A stretch of DNA of 64,000 bases from a virus: positions 48,230 through 112,229 of IMG/VR virus record IMGVR_UViG_3300048883_000431. One strand, 5' to 3'. Made by a program: the position numbers and the translations under genes. This document shows, one piece after another, positions 29,006 to 38,013 of the stretch (the first letter of the stretch is position 1; the number at the start of each line of letters is the position of its first letter). The notes under the pieces were generated by a model. That model was not told the origin of the DNA and did not search any database. It saw nothing but the letters and a program-made list of their open reading frames with translations.

Positions 29006-30424
29006 CTAATCAAAGAGTCCGTCGAACGCATCCCCGCCCGACGGGTCGGGGAGGTCGGCGGGGCCAACCTTCGCGGCAGCTTCCGCCTGCTCCTTGCGGG
29101 CTTGGACGCTGGGGTCGAAGGCAATGTCATCGTCCGTGTCGCCCGACGCATCCTTCTCGGCGACGGCGGCAGTGGTGGGGACATAGGTCGCGGCCATCCA
29201 CTGGACAAACCCGTCAAGGTATGGGGTAGCGACCTCGACGTACACGTCCACCATTGACTCCTGTCCGGGACCGTCAAGCAGGAGGTAGATCACGGTCTGC
29301 ATCACGTCGACGCACGCCAGGTGGGCACGCTCGCCCTTCGCTGTGTACCGCTTGTTGTAGGTGTCGAAGTCGGCACCGAACCAGGCCATGTGTGTCTTGC
29401 CGCCCGTGCGGTGTTCCTCCAGGGGACCAGCGAAGTCCGACGCCTCGACGTACTTGGCGAAGCAGGTGGCCAGAGCCTTGAAGTTGTCGCCCCCCTCCAA
29501 GAGCTGCGCTCCGAAGCGCGCGTAAGCGCCCGTTATGATCTTCGGGGACTTGTCCGACAGCGTCCCGAGCTGCTTGAGTCGTTTCTCCGTGGCGAACTCC
29601 GTTCCGGGTTCGCGCTCCGGCGTGGCCTCGGCGACCTTCTCCCGCTGCGTCTCAGGTTCAGGTTCCGGTTCGTTGGGAACCTCCGTAACCGTTACGGGTA
29701 TGTCCTCCTCGGGGACGCGGTTCACGGTGCGCTGCGAGGGGTCGAGCGTCGCCTCGGCGGCCGCCTTACGCTCGTCGCGTTCGCCGGGTGGAAGCGGGGG
29801 TGCGGACTCGGGCGGCACGAGCGCGTCGATGATGCGTGGACGCTCCGTGTCCATCATCTCTTCTTCGCTGTAGATGCCCGCGCATCCCTCGTCGACCGAC
29901 CGGAGGACCAGGACCTCGGCAACCTTCTGGATCATGGCATCCGGGTAGGTCTGCCAGGGCTTGGACCCGCGCTTGTACTGATCGAACGCGGCGAACTTGA
30001 TGTCGTCCGGCTGGTCCTTCATCGCCCCGATGGCCCACGCGCCGATGAGCTTGCCACGGTTGAAGACTTCCCGCTTGTGGCGGAAGTTCTTGATGATGAG
30101 TTCGCCGTCCACAAACTCCTGCTCGAATTCGACGGTGTCGTTCTCGTATACGACACCCGACCGGCAGGCAATGAACGAGGGGTTGCGCTTGGCGATCTTC
30201 CGGTAGCCGTCGCGCGAGGTCATCGGACGACCTTCGGGACCCAGGAAAATCTCGCCACGGAATGGGTCGAGGTCGTAGACGACACACATGTGGAGGAAGA
30301 CTTCGATCTGTGGGGGTGTCGCCTTCGGCGCGATCACCCTGCGGATCACTTCCATCCGTTCGTCGAGGTATTCGCGCGTCATCACGACGCCGCCCTCGAC
30401 TGGTACCAGTTCGGCTGCCATCAC
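29006..30424 (-). CDS. bet: Bet/RecT-family single-strand annealing protein with long acidic C-terminal extension
   Basis: LDPFRGEI, SRDGYRKIA, W..YP.AMI.KVAE motifs. Confidence 0.8.
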   Translation of the reverse strand: MMAAELVPVEGGVVMTREYLDERMEVIRRVIAPKATPPQIEVFLHMCVVYDLDPFRGEIFLGPEGRPMTSRDGYRKIAKRNPSFIACRSGVVYENDTVEFEQEFVDGELIIKNFRHKREVFNRGKLIGAWAIGAMKDQPDDIKFAAFDQYKRGSKPWQTYPDAMIQKVAEVLVLRSVDEGCAGIYSEEEMMDTERPRIIDALVPPESAPPLPPGERDERKAAAEATLDPSQRTVNRVPEEDIPVTVTEVPNEPEPEPETQREKVAEATPEREPGTEFATEKRLKQLGTLSDKSPKIITGAYARFGAQLLEGGDNFKALATCFAKYVEASDFAGPLEEHRTGGKTHMAWFGADFDTYNKRYTAKGERAHLACVDVMQTVIYLLLDGPGQESMVDVYVEVATPYLDGFVQWMAATYVPTTAAVAEKDASGDTDDDIAFDPSVQARKEQAEAAAKVGPADLPDPSGGDAFDGLFD

Positions 30425-31026
30425 GAGCTCCTTACAGCAGTGTTAATCATACGACGTTCGCGGCGCGTGAGGTATGCCCCGGTTCGCCGCCCGGTTTTCA
30501 TCAGGCGGTTGGGGTCCTTGTGATGCCGGAGGTCGGCCCAGTGTCCGATCTCGTGGGCCAAGGTGGAGCCACGCCCACGCGTGGAGTCCATGAGGATGTA
30601 GCCCGAGCGCGATGCGTGCCACCCACGTGAGCCATCGAGGTCCACGAGGAAGACAAGGAGCGCGCTGCCGGGGTATTCATGGTAGGCGTGATCCTGGCGG
30701 AGGGCCTTGGCCTCGAACACCATCCGCCGGTGCAGCCCACTAAGGGCGAAGCGGAAGCCGGGCTTGATCTTCCTCACCCGAACGCACTCGGTGACCCGTG
30801 AGTTCGTCCGACTGAGTGTCACGCGCGCCGAGTCCAGGATGTTCGCGGCGTCGCGGAACCACATGCCCGCACGCGCTGCCACGGTCTTACCGTCAAAGGT
30901 CTCGCGGCCGTCGACGTTCGCGAACCCGAGCCACAGCTCCTTGCGTGGAAGCGAACTGCTCCCCTGCACGCGGATCATGCGTTTGGGTTGCTTAACGAGC
31001 CACCCCGTCCACCCAAAGATTGACAT
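30421..31026 (-). CDS. zincin/matrixin-like metalloprotease
   Basis: TLAHEIGHWADLRH followed by Met-turn NRLM. Confidence 0.65.
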   Translation of the reverse strand: MSIFGWTGWLVKQPKRMIRVQGSSSLPRKELWLGFANVDGRETFDGKTVAARAGMWFRDAANILDSARVTLSRTNSRVTECVRVRKIKPGFRFALSGLHRRMVFEAKALRQDHAYHEYPGSALLVFLVDLDGSRGWHASRSGYILMDSTRGRGSTLAHEIGHWADLRHHKDPNRLMKTGRRTGAYLTRRERRMINTAVRSS

Positions 31027-31046
31027 AGCGTCCCTTTCGTGTTGGT

Positions 31047-31075
31047 ATTATACCACACGCAATGCCGGATGTCAA
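31047..31075 (-). promoter_or_regulatory. sigma70 consensus promoter
   Basis: TTGACA-N17-TATAAT (perfect consensus) upstream of 31026. Confidence 0.85.
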
Positions 31076-31093
31076 CTTGATTTGGGGGACACG

Positions 31094-31270
31094 TTACCTA
31101 GGGTTGTCCCACTCCGCGACCTTGCCGTCGATGTACTTCTTGACCGTGGTGAGCTTCGCGACGACCGCCTTTGACTCAGCCGCTTCCCTGTTCAGGTTCG
31201 TCCGTATCAGCTTGCCTATCTTCTCGCTCGCCACCGTCAGTTCCCTCGACGCGATGTGCAGGATGTCCAT
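31094..31270 (-). CDS. 58-aa hypothetical protein
   Basis: GGAG RBS, MDILHIASREL...; overlaps the tail of the 31176-31643 ORF. Confidence 0.45.
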   Translation of the reverse strand: MDILHIASRELTVASEKIGKLIRTNLNREAAESKAVVAKLTTVKKYIDGKVAEWDNPR

Positions 31271-31643
31271 TACGTGCTCCGTCTCGTAGGTTTGCTAGGT
31301 TGACAAGCGTCTGCATGGTTGCAGCGACGGGGACCATTGTCTCCCCGAACCGCTCAAGCACCTCGGCCTGTGTGAGCCCGACGCACTGCTTGGCGACGAG
31401 GTCATTCATCGAACGTAGGAGGAGCCACGAGGACCAGGCAAGGTCGCAGACCAACGCCTCCTCCTCGGGTGACTCCATCGTTCCCAGTATAGTGAACGCG
31501 GGATCGAACTTGTCTGGTAGCTTGCGCCGCATGAACTGAACGTAATCGTTAATGGACCTCGGGGCTCCGCTGTCTCCGAGATTCTCCAGAAGGTCCTTGG
31601 CCCAAGAGGGGAGCTCGCGTGGGACCGCGTTGGCTGTTACCAT
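31176..31643 (-). CDS. hypothetical protein
   Basis: Coupled to the methyltransferase gene. Confidence 0.5.
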   Translation of the reverse strand: MVTANAVPRELPSWAKDLLENLGDSGAPRSINDYVQFMRRKLPDKFDPAFTILGTMESPEEEALVCDLAWSSWLLLRSMNDLVAKQCVGLTQAEVLERFGETMVPVAATMQTLVNLANLRDGARNGHPAHRVEGTDGGEREDRQADTDEPEQGSG

Positions 31644-33145
31644 AGTAGGTCGTCCTTGATCTCTATGTTCCCTACCCGTATCGTGCGGATGCCGAGTGCT
31701 TCCCTAAGTATACGCTCGGTTGCCTCGGCAACATAGTCAGGGTTGAGATCGTTGCCCATGAAGTACCGCTTCTTCTTGACTGCCACGACCCCGACCGTCC
31801 CGGTTCCCATCATCGGGTCAAGGACAGCGGCGGGCAACGTGCCGGTGACCGTGCAGGAACACGTTGGCACCCATCGGTCCTTCTTGCGCGTGCGGGACAT
31901 GGACTCAAGGATGCGACGCTTGGTGTCAGACGGGTTCTGCGCCATGTGTCCGGCGTAGTCCTTGCGCGCCTGCCCGGTGTAGTCTTCGACGAGCGGGGCA
32001 AGGTCGGTCTCAACGATGCGGAAGTAGGGAGCGGCGCACTCCAGGCACGCGCACGGCGGTGTGGAGGCCTCGATGGGGTCCTCGACGAGCTTCTTGGGGA
32101 AGGCAGCGTAGTGCTGCCCCTTGAAGGCATGGACGTTGACCACGGTGGCGATGGGTCTGCCCTCGAAGTCCGTGACAATCCCCTGCTCCTTCGGGTCCCG
32201 GTCAAGCATGTCGCTCGTAAGACGTCGGAGTGTCCATGCCGCCGCTTCCCGCGACGACAGCCACACGTCCATGGTCCGCCACTGTCGCCCGTGGAGGGAG
32301 AGCATGAGCTCTGATTCGAGCACATCCCCTCCCCTGTGCCCACGGTGCATGGTATGTGGCGTCTGTGGAGCGCTCTCGCCGCTCCACTTGTGCTCGTCGG
32401 ATCGAGCCGCTAGACGAAGCCCACTGGGTAACGAGGACGCGGCCAGCTCTTGTAGCACCGCGTACCTGTCATAGTAGTAGTCGTGTGATACCCACTGATT
32501 CGCACGCTTCCAGAGCTTCTTGAGTAGTCTCTGATCGCGCACTGGAGCATGACGGGTGGCGGTGGAAGGAAGTCCCCTCCGTAGTCCGTCAAACTCGTTA
32601 ACGTGAGTCCACACGTAATCAGGATCAGGTTTAACACGGACGCCTCGTTTCGTGGGGTGTGTCCAGAAGACAGGTGAGTTCGACTTAGAGAACATGAACA
32701 TGGTTTCGTGACTGATCGTCGGACGGTCGGACGCGCTGCTCGGCAGCACGTTCGGCTTCATCCAGGGTATCTCCGCGCGCAGTGTCCACCCGCGTCGGCC
32801 CATCTCGATGGCAACACGGTGCGGGATGAGGAGCTTGTTCTTGTCGCGACCGTAGGTGTCGCCGATGACGAGCCACAGCGTGCCGTCCTCGCGGAGGACA
32901 CGCCACCACTCGGCCGCCATGTCGCAAAGGGTTTTGACGTAATCCTCGATGGAGTCTTCGAGTCCCAACTGCCCGTCTACCTTGTAATCCCGTTGGAGGT
33001 AGTAGGGCGGACTAACGCAGATCATTTGCACGGAGCCTCTGCCCACGCCCTTGAGGTCGCCTGCATCGCCCACGTTCACCCGGAAGAGATGATCCATACT
33101 ATTCATCGAGCTCTCCGCCGTGTATAACGCAGTCCAGAACCACAC
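31637..33145 (-). CDS. DNA methyltransferase (N4/N6, beta class) with insertions
   Basis: SPPY, HYAAFP, CxxC...CxC, VLDPMMGTGT; true start may be near 33105. Confidence 0.9.
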   Translation of the reverse strand: MWFWTALYTAESSMNSMDHLFRVNVGDAGDLKGVGRGSVQMICVSPPYYLQRDYKVDGQLGLEDSIEDYVKTLCDMAAEWWRVLREDGTLWLVIGDTYGRDKNKLLIPHRVAIEMGRRGWTLRAEIPWMKPNVLPSSASDRPTISHETMFMFSKSNSPVFWTHPTKRGVRVKPDPDYVWTHVNEFDGLRRGLPSTATRHAPVRDQRLLKKLWKRANQWVSHDYYYDRYAVLQELAASSLPSGLRLAARSDEHKWSGESAPQTPHTMHRGHRGGDVLESELMLSLHGRQWRTMDVWLSSREAAAWTLRRLTSDMLDRDPKEQGIVTDFEGRPIATVVNVHAFKGQHYAAFPKKLVEDPIEASTPPCACLECAAPYFRIVETDLAPLVEDYTGQARKDYAGHMAQNPSDTKRRILESMSRTRKKDRWVPTCSCTVTGTLPAAVLDPMMGTGTVGVVAVKKKRYFMGNDLNPDYVAEATERILREALGIRTIRVGNIEIKDDLLW

Positions 33146-33292
33146 GCTCCCGACCTACGAACTAAAGGTACCCCCTGCCTTCGTCGAGCACCTGAAGTCC
33201 GTGCGCCCGGAGGGAGGAACGGGAAGCCGTCGGAGCCCGCAGCAGCTCGTGGATTGGCAGGGCAGACTCCACCAAGAAGTCCGTGCCCTGAA

Positions 33293-34339
33293 TCAAGGAA
33301 CAGGTGGTCCATAGACTGCATAGCGTCCAACTCCCTCACGTGTCACATCCCCGCGCGCTACCGCATTGTCCAGGCACTCGTGTATCGGTGACAACCATCG
33401 GAACTTCTTCGCCAACTCCGCGTGGGGAATCGGACGTTGCTTTGATGCAGCGAACGCCCGGAGGCTGTCCCCCCAGGGTGTCCTAGCCAGTGGGCGGCCA
33501 GTTGATCTTGCGAGCGACTGCATTCGCTCGACTGCGCTCCACCGAACCTGCTTTGCCCGTGACTTCGATATACCAAGCCGCTCCCCTATCTCCAAGTCGC
33601 TGTGGACGAGGTGCGGCGGCAGTCCGAAGTGCATGGTGATGACTTCTAAGTCGCGCGGCACAAGAGTACGCAAGTAGGGCAGTGTATCCTCTACCGGTCT
33701 CGTACTGGCTTCCGAAGTACGTACCCGCTCGATGTAGTCGTCGAAGCTCGCGGAAGCATCCGCAAGTGTCGTGCGGTCCTGTCGATGCGCGTAGTCCGTG
33801 CCCTTTAACACCCATAGCTCGTCCATCCCAATGCCTGTGCGCTCCGAGATCTCCTCGGCGAACGGCGCACGCCCCATCTCGGTCTGCATGTCCCGGTCGG
33901 CCTTGGCGATCTCCTGGACGGCGTGGTACACCTCCTTGTTCACGCGTTCGCCGCCGAGCAACTGCCACCGAGCTCGTCGCACGTAGTTGCGCACCACCTC
34001 TGTGGCGTAGGTGATGAACTTCACACCCCGGTCGGGGTCGAACCACTCGACCGCCGCCATCAGTCCGATCATTCCCTCGGACACCAGGTCCTCGGTGTAG
34101 TCGCGTGCGTTCCCGTGCTGCACCGCCACGCTCAACACCATCCCGAGGTGACGACGCACAAGGCGAGCCATCGCCGTGCGCACGCCGCCCTGTGCCATGC
34201 GTATGACCGTCAGCTCCTCCGCGCGCTCCATCGGAACCGGCGGGTTGTGCTTGCGGTCCATGATCAGGTGCCACGGGAGCTTGGTAAACCCACGCCCCAG
34301 CGCACCATACTCGCCCCTGACCAGTAGCTTCTCGGTCAT
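33293..34339 (-). CDS. sigma70-family (RpoD/RpoS-like) sigma factor
   Basis: DLVSEGMIGLMAAVEWFDPDRGVKFITYA; region 3 GRAP..EEIS; region 4 EIGERLGISKSRAKQ. Confidence 0.9.
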   Translation of the reverse strand: MTEKLLVRGEYGALGRGFTKLPWHLIMDRKHNPPVPMERAEELTVIRMAQGGVRTAMARLVRRHLGMVLSVAVQHGNARDYTEDLVSEGMIGLMAAVEWFDPDRGVKFITYATEVVRNYVRRARWQLLGGERVNKEVYHAVQEIAKADRDMQTEMGRAPFAEEISERTGIGMDELWVLKGTDYAHRQDRTTLADASASFDDYIERVRTSEASTRPVEDTLPYLRTLVPRDLEVITMHFGLPPHLVHSDLEIGERLGISKSRAKQVRWSAVERMQSLARSTGRPLARTPWGDSLRAFAASKQRPIPHAELAKKFRWLSPIHECLDNAVARGDVTREGVGRYAVYGPPVP

Positions 34340-34402
34340 GCGCGCTCACTTACGGTTACCGTCCCAGTCCCTGTCGAAGATCGTCGGTATCTTACGCATG
34401 GC

Positions 34403-34732
34403 TTACCTGTCGCCCCCACTCCCAGAAAGGACACCGCGCACCGCGCGGCTTGCCAGCTTGGCTATGTTCCGCCGTGCCACCTCGGCGAGGGACACCTTGA
34501 GCTCGTGCGCCAGCGCGACGATATACCACAGCGCGTCCCCGAGCTCGTCGATCAACTCTTGGCGGCGCTCTTCGGTGAGGACCCCGTGCTCGTCCCGCCC
34601 GATTTTCTTGACTTGGTTCGCGATCTCGCCCGCTTCCCCGGCGAGTCCGAGCGCGGCGTACTCGATGTTCGACCCCCGTCTCGGGTAGATCGCGGTTGCG
34701 TCGGCCTGCTCTTGGTACTTGATGATGTCCAT
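34403..34732 (-). CDS. MazG-like nucleotide pyrophosphohydrolase
   Basis: LGLAGEAGEIA..VKK, ELGDALWY, NIAKL.SR. Confidence 0.9.
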   Translation of the reverse strand: MDIIKYQEQADATAIYPRRGSNIEYAALGLAGEAGEIANQVKKIGRDEHGVLTEERRQELIDELGDALWYIVALAHELKVSLAEVARRNIAKLASRAVRGVLSGSGGDR

Positions 34733-35127
34733 TTGCGCTCCACGATTTTGACTTCGACCCGAGGGTCATCCTTGTCGACATCAAACTGGTCCGACCAGCC
34801 GCCGATGTAGGCCCACGTGTCGTTCGGTATGATCCCCCCCACCTGGAGGGCGTCGAAGATGATCTTCTTGGCGGCTGCCACGTTGTCCTTGTCCCGCCGC
34901 CGGTCTGGGCATACCCACGTGATGACGAAGAACAGCGGGAACGTAGTGCACGCGTGCAGTCCCTGCCGTGCGATCTCCAGAACGATGATGGTTTCCCACT
35001 CGTTCTTCATCGCGTTCCACCTGTTGTACCTCGACTTGCCGCGCCGACCCATAGTGCCACGGGCCTGCAGAATCTCGTTCATTCCAGGCATTTTACCGGG
35101 GATAACAAGCGTCTGGATTCGAGCCAT
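34552..35127 (-). CDS. RusA-like Holliday junction resolvase
   Basis: RRDKDN...K...DAL...G.I.ND motif, PRVEV; the ORF runs on into the MazG gene. Confidence 0.75.
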   Translation of the reverse strand: MARIQTLVIPGKMPGMNEILQARGTMGRRGKSRYNRWNAMKNEWETIIVLEIARQGLHACTTFPLFFVITWVCPDRRRDKDNVAAAKKIIFDALQVGGIIPNDTWAYIGGWSDQFDVDKDDPRVEVKIVERKWTSSSTKSRPTQPRSTRDGGRTSSTPRSDSPGKRARSRTKSRKSGGTSTGSSPKSAAKS

Positions 35128-35777
35128 TCTCGGCTCCTCGACTGGTCTATGCGTTCGGCGTAGAACTTCTTATCCTTAGAGTATACAGCGACCCGCGCGG
35201 TATAGAAAGGACAGGAGGACACCAACGCACGAAGGTAGACGTAGGTCGAGCGTCTGAGTTCGAGCGGATCGTCGGGTCCTGTGGTGTCACACATGTCCCA
35301 CAGGAACCGATTGAATGTTGCAGGCATGACCCCGAAGTCAGGTGCGATCTCCCGCCCAGTGATGCACGCCTGGGCGAAGGTCACGTCGAACCCCTCGATG
35401 GGGGACCCGTAGTAGCACAGCCAGTAGTACCCACGTATGGACTTGATCGCTATGAGTTCCGGGTAGCGACCCCGAAGCTCCGCGCCCCTGAACTTACGAC
35501 GATCCGTCAGCGTCATCAGCTCGGGGATGCGCGATCTGTATACGTTGACCACGGACTCGGCGTGGATCATGCCGTTGGGGCAGTCCGGGTCGTCGTCCTT
35601 ACGTAGCAGGACAACGACGGGGTTGGCCAGGTCGGTCAGCGCGGACGCCACGATACGTATGCGCGGGTCGCGGTCGAGGTATGCGGCGACGGTGCGTAGC
35701 TGTTCGCGCGTGATGGAGATGCGGCCGTCGTGGATGATCCTGTCGACGACAAGCCCCGCCTTTACCCGTCCGCTCAT
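35079..35777 (-). CDS. hypothetical protein
   Basis: ATG overlaps the clamp gene stop. Confidence 0.55.
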   Translation of the reverse strand: MSGRVKAGLVVDRIIHDGRISITREQLRTVAAYLDRDPRIRIVASALTDLANPVVVLLRKDDDPDCPNGMIHAESVVNVYRSRIPELMTLTDRRKFRGAELRGRYPELIAIKSIRGYYWLCYYGSPIEGFDVTFAQACITGREIAPDFGVMPATFNRFLWDMCDTTGPDDPLELRRSTYVYLRALVSSCPFYTARVAVYSKDKKFYAERIDQSRSREWLESRRLLSPVKCLE

Positions 35778-36928
35778 GCGTTCACCCCCGCTTTGGACAC
35801 CACCTGCGGAACCATGAAGCACTGGTTGGAGTAGGCCACGTCCGTCCCGTCGTCGTGGCGCTCGATCATAAACGCTTGCTTCTCCGAGGACAGGGTGATC
35901 TCCACCACGTCGCCGTTGGCGTGCGCCAGCGCGTCGCGCACCGCGTTCGTCCTCACCTTCTTGGTGATCGGTGGGCACGACGAGCGGGTCGGGATCAGGT
36001 CGGACGTCGCCCCGGTGAGCGCGGTCTCGTCCGTCCGCACCTCGATCTCGTTGCCCCCGAAGATGAGGTCGGCGATGGGGGCGTCGCTGTCTCCGAATAT
36101 CTCCGAGCGGTCGAGAGCTTGCGCCAGCTCGGGGCGGTCAACGACGACGGTATCGCACCCCTCCATGTCCATGAGGTGCGCCTGGATGGCATCGTAGTAC
36201 CACTCGCCCTCCAGGCAGCGACACGACAGCCACACGTGGCCGTTGTCGAGGACGAGCATCTTGCCCGACCGTCCGAGGATAAGGGGCGCGTCAGTCGTGA
36301 TGGTGCTGGAGATGATCGCGGACGTGGTGTTCGGCACGAGGAACCACGACATCGGTGTGTCGGCAGACTCGTCGAGGGTTGTGGTCGCTACCGCGCACCG
36401 CCGTCGGTCGGTCGCCATGATGGACAGCTCTTGGTCTTCCACACGGTAGTAGACCGCGCCGAGCTCGGGGGACTGTCCGCTGCTATCCGATGCGTAGGAC
36501 GTGTCCGAAACCATGCGTCGGAAGATGTTGCCGTCAGGCAGGACGCCCATCGGCTCGTAATCCTTGCGGTCGTTCGGGTAGTTCTCCGCCGTCGAGGTGA
36601 GCATCGAATACTTGCCCTGTCCCGCCGTGATGTGGAGGGTGGGCTTGCCCTTGTCCTTTCGGAAGGCCACCGACGCATCGCGCAGCCCGCTGATAAGGCG
36701 TGTGAACTTCCGTGCGTCCACTAGGAACTCTTCGGGATCAGTGTCGTGCGTGCCGACCACCACCTCAACGTAGGCCTGGAGGTTGCTTCCTCGGATGCGC
36801 ACCGTCTTGTCCGCGTCGATGGACACGCACAGGTTCTTGAGTAGTTCGATCCCACCCGCCGCACGGGCGAGAAGCTCCGCCGTCTTAGCGCCGGACTGCA
36901 GCGCGTCACGGTCGAGTGTCAATTCCAT
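35774..36928 (-). CDS. dnaN: DNA polymerase III beta sliding clamp
   Basis: 384 aa; GSNL, AENYP, MATDRRR, VDRPELAQALDR, final MVP(Q); three-domain length. Confidence 0.85.
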   Translation of the reverse strand: MELTLDRDALQSGAKTAELLARAAGGIELLKNLCVSIDADKTVRIRGSNLQAYVEVVVGTHDTDPEEFLVDARKFTRLISGLRDASVAFRKDKGKPTLHITAGQGKYSMLTSTAENYPNDRKDYEPMGVLPDGNIFRRMVSDTSYASDSSGQSPELGAVYYRVEDQELSIMATDRRRCAVATTTLDESADTPMSWFLVPNTTSAIISSTITTDAPLILGRSGKMLVLDNGHVWLSCRCLEGEWYYDAIQAHLMDMEGCDTVVVDRPELAQALDRSEIFGDSDAPIADLIFGGNEIEVRTDETALTGATSDLIPTRSSCPPITKKVRTNAVRDALAHANGDVVEITLSSEKQAFMIERHDDGTDVAYSNQCFMVPQVVSKAGVNA

Positions 36929-36980
36929 GTTACCGGAGTCCCCTTCCGATTTTTTACCAGATGCACAGGTTAAAATGTTT

Positions 36981-37015
36981 AAAACGTGTGGAAGGCAGGC
37001 ACGCCCCCCACACGC
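36981..37015 (-). terminator. intrinsic terminator
   Basis: GCGUGUGGGGGGC/GCCUUCCACACGU hairpin followed by U residues; G-U pairs work only on the minus strand. Confidence 0.55.
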
Positions 37016-37074
37016 ATCAGATTACCGAAAGTGGAAGCGAAACCTATCGCCTCCTGGGGAAATTATCCCCTTCC

Positions 37075-37743
37075 TCAGACACGGGTAGGAAGACCGAGTC
37101 CGAAGTCCTTGACCCGCGCCCATCCTTCCTCGCCGAGGACATCGACGAGTTTCGCGCGGCGCGCGGCCTGTGAGTTGTAGACGGTGTTGAGGCGCTCGCG
37201 GGCGGTGGCGTCCTGCATGTCAACACCGCGAAGCTGCGCATACTTGAGGAAGATGCCGTCCGCCTCATCATAGGTGTGGATTGCGCTCGACAGGACGCTG
37301 ACGAGCTTCGGCAGCTCGGGGGCGAGGTCCGCTTCGAGGTCCTTCGCCGTCCCTGGGAAGCTCGCGCTGAACGTCTGGTCCGGGTCCTTGAGGTCGGCAC
37401 CCGCTCGGAAGATGCGGAGCGTGTACTTGCGCACGGCCTCGCCGTCTTCGTCCTTGGTCGCGCTGCCCGGCTGTAGCTGACACCGGATGTCTCCTCCGGG
37501 AATCTTGAGCGACTGCTTCTTGCCCGCCGCCGCCGGAACCTCCTTGGGCGTGTGCTTCTGGACGTACTCGCCCGTGACGGTGCTAATCCGTGTGAGCGCG
37601 TCCTTGACGTCCTGCGTAAGTTTCGCCTCGCCGTCCTGGATCACAAAGTCCGAGAGGATCGCGACGTCCGCGCCATAGTCGAGTTCGCCCGAGTCCACGC
37701 CCTGATTCACGAGCTTCCGTACCGCCGTTTTGCTGAGTGCCAT
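37075..37743 (-). CDS. hypothetical protein
   Basis: AAGGGGA RBS, typical codon bias. Confidence 0.65.
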   Translation of the reverse strand: MALSKTAVRKLVNQGVDSGELDYGADVAILSDFVIQDGEAKLTQDVKDALTRISTVTGEYVQKHTPKEVPAAAGKKQSLKIPGGDIRCQLQPGSATKDEDGEAVRKYTLRIFRAGADLKDPDQTFSASFPGTAKDLEADLAPELPKLVSVLSSAIHTYDEADGIFLKYAQLRGVDMQDATARERLNTVYNSQAARRAKLVDVLGEEGWARVKDFGLGLPTRV

Positions 37744-37754
37744 TCCGAGTCCCC

Positions 37755-37946
37755 TTAGTTGGATTCGAGCTCGTCTCGCACGTCATGTGCGAAATCGTAA
37801 AGCTCCGCGAGAACGGCGTCGAGGACTGCCCCCTCGCCGTGTTCTGCCGCCACCCCGATTCGTGCCGCGACCTTCTCCTTGAAGCTATTGCGGAACGACG
37901 GGTGAAGCTGGCTCACGTAGTCTTGTGCGGTCACGTATGCGGGCAT
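37755..37946 (-). CDS. small hypothetical protein
   Basis: First gene after a promoter; GGAAGGA RBS. Confidence 0.6.
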   Translation of the reverse strand: MPAYVTAQDYVSQLHPSFRNSFKEKVAARIGVAAEHGEGAVLDAVLAELYDFAHDVRDELESN

Positions 37947-37966
37947 ACGGTCGTCCTTCCGATAAT

Positions 37967-37995
37967 ATGATACCCCAAGCCACCGTCGGGGTCAA
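37967..37995 (-). promoter_or_regulatory. sigma70 promoter
   Basis: AAC-TTGACC-N17-TATCAT-AT. Confidence 0.75.
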
Positions 37996-38013
37996 GTTCA
38001 TTTCCGAGTTTGG

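Noticed and set aside
26863-30523. Long plus-strand ORFs (e.g. 26863-27843, 29321-30523) and similar antisense ORFs elsewhere
   Set aside because: Shadow ORFs of well-supported minus-strand genes, expected at this GC content
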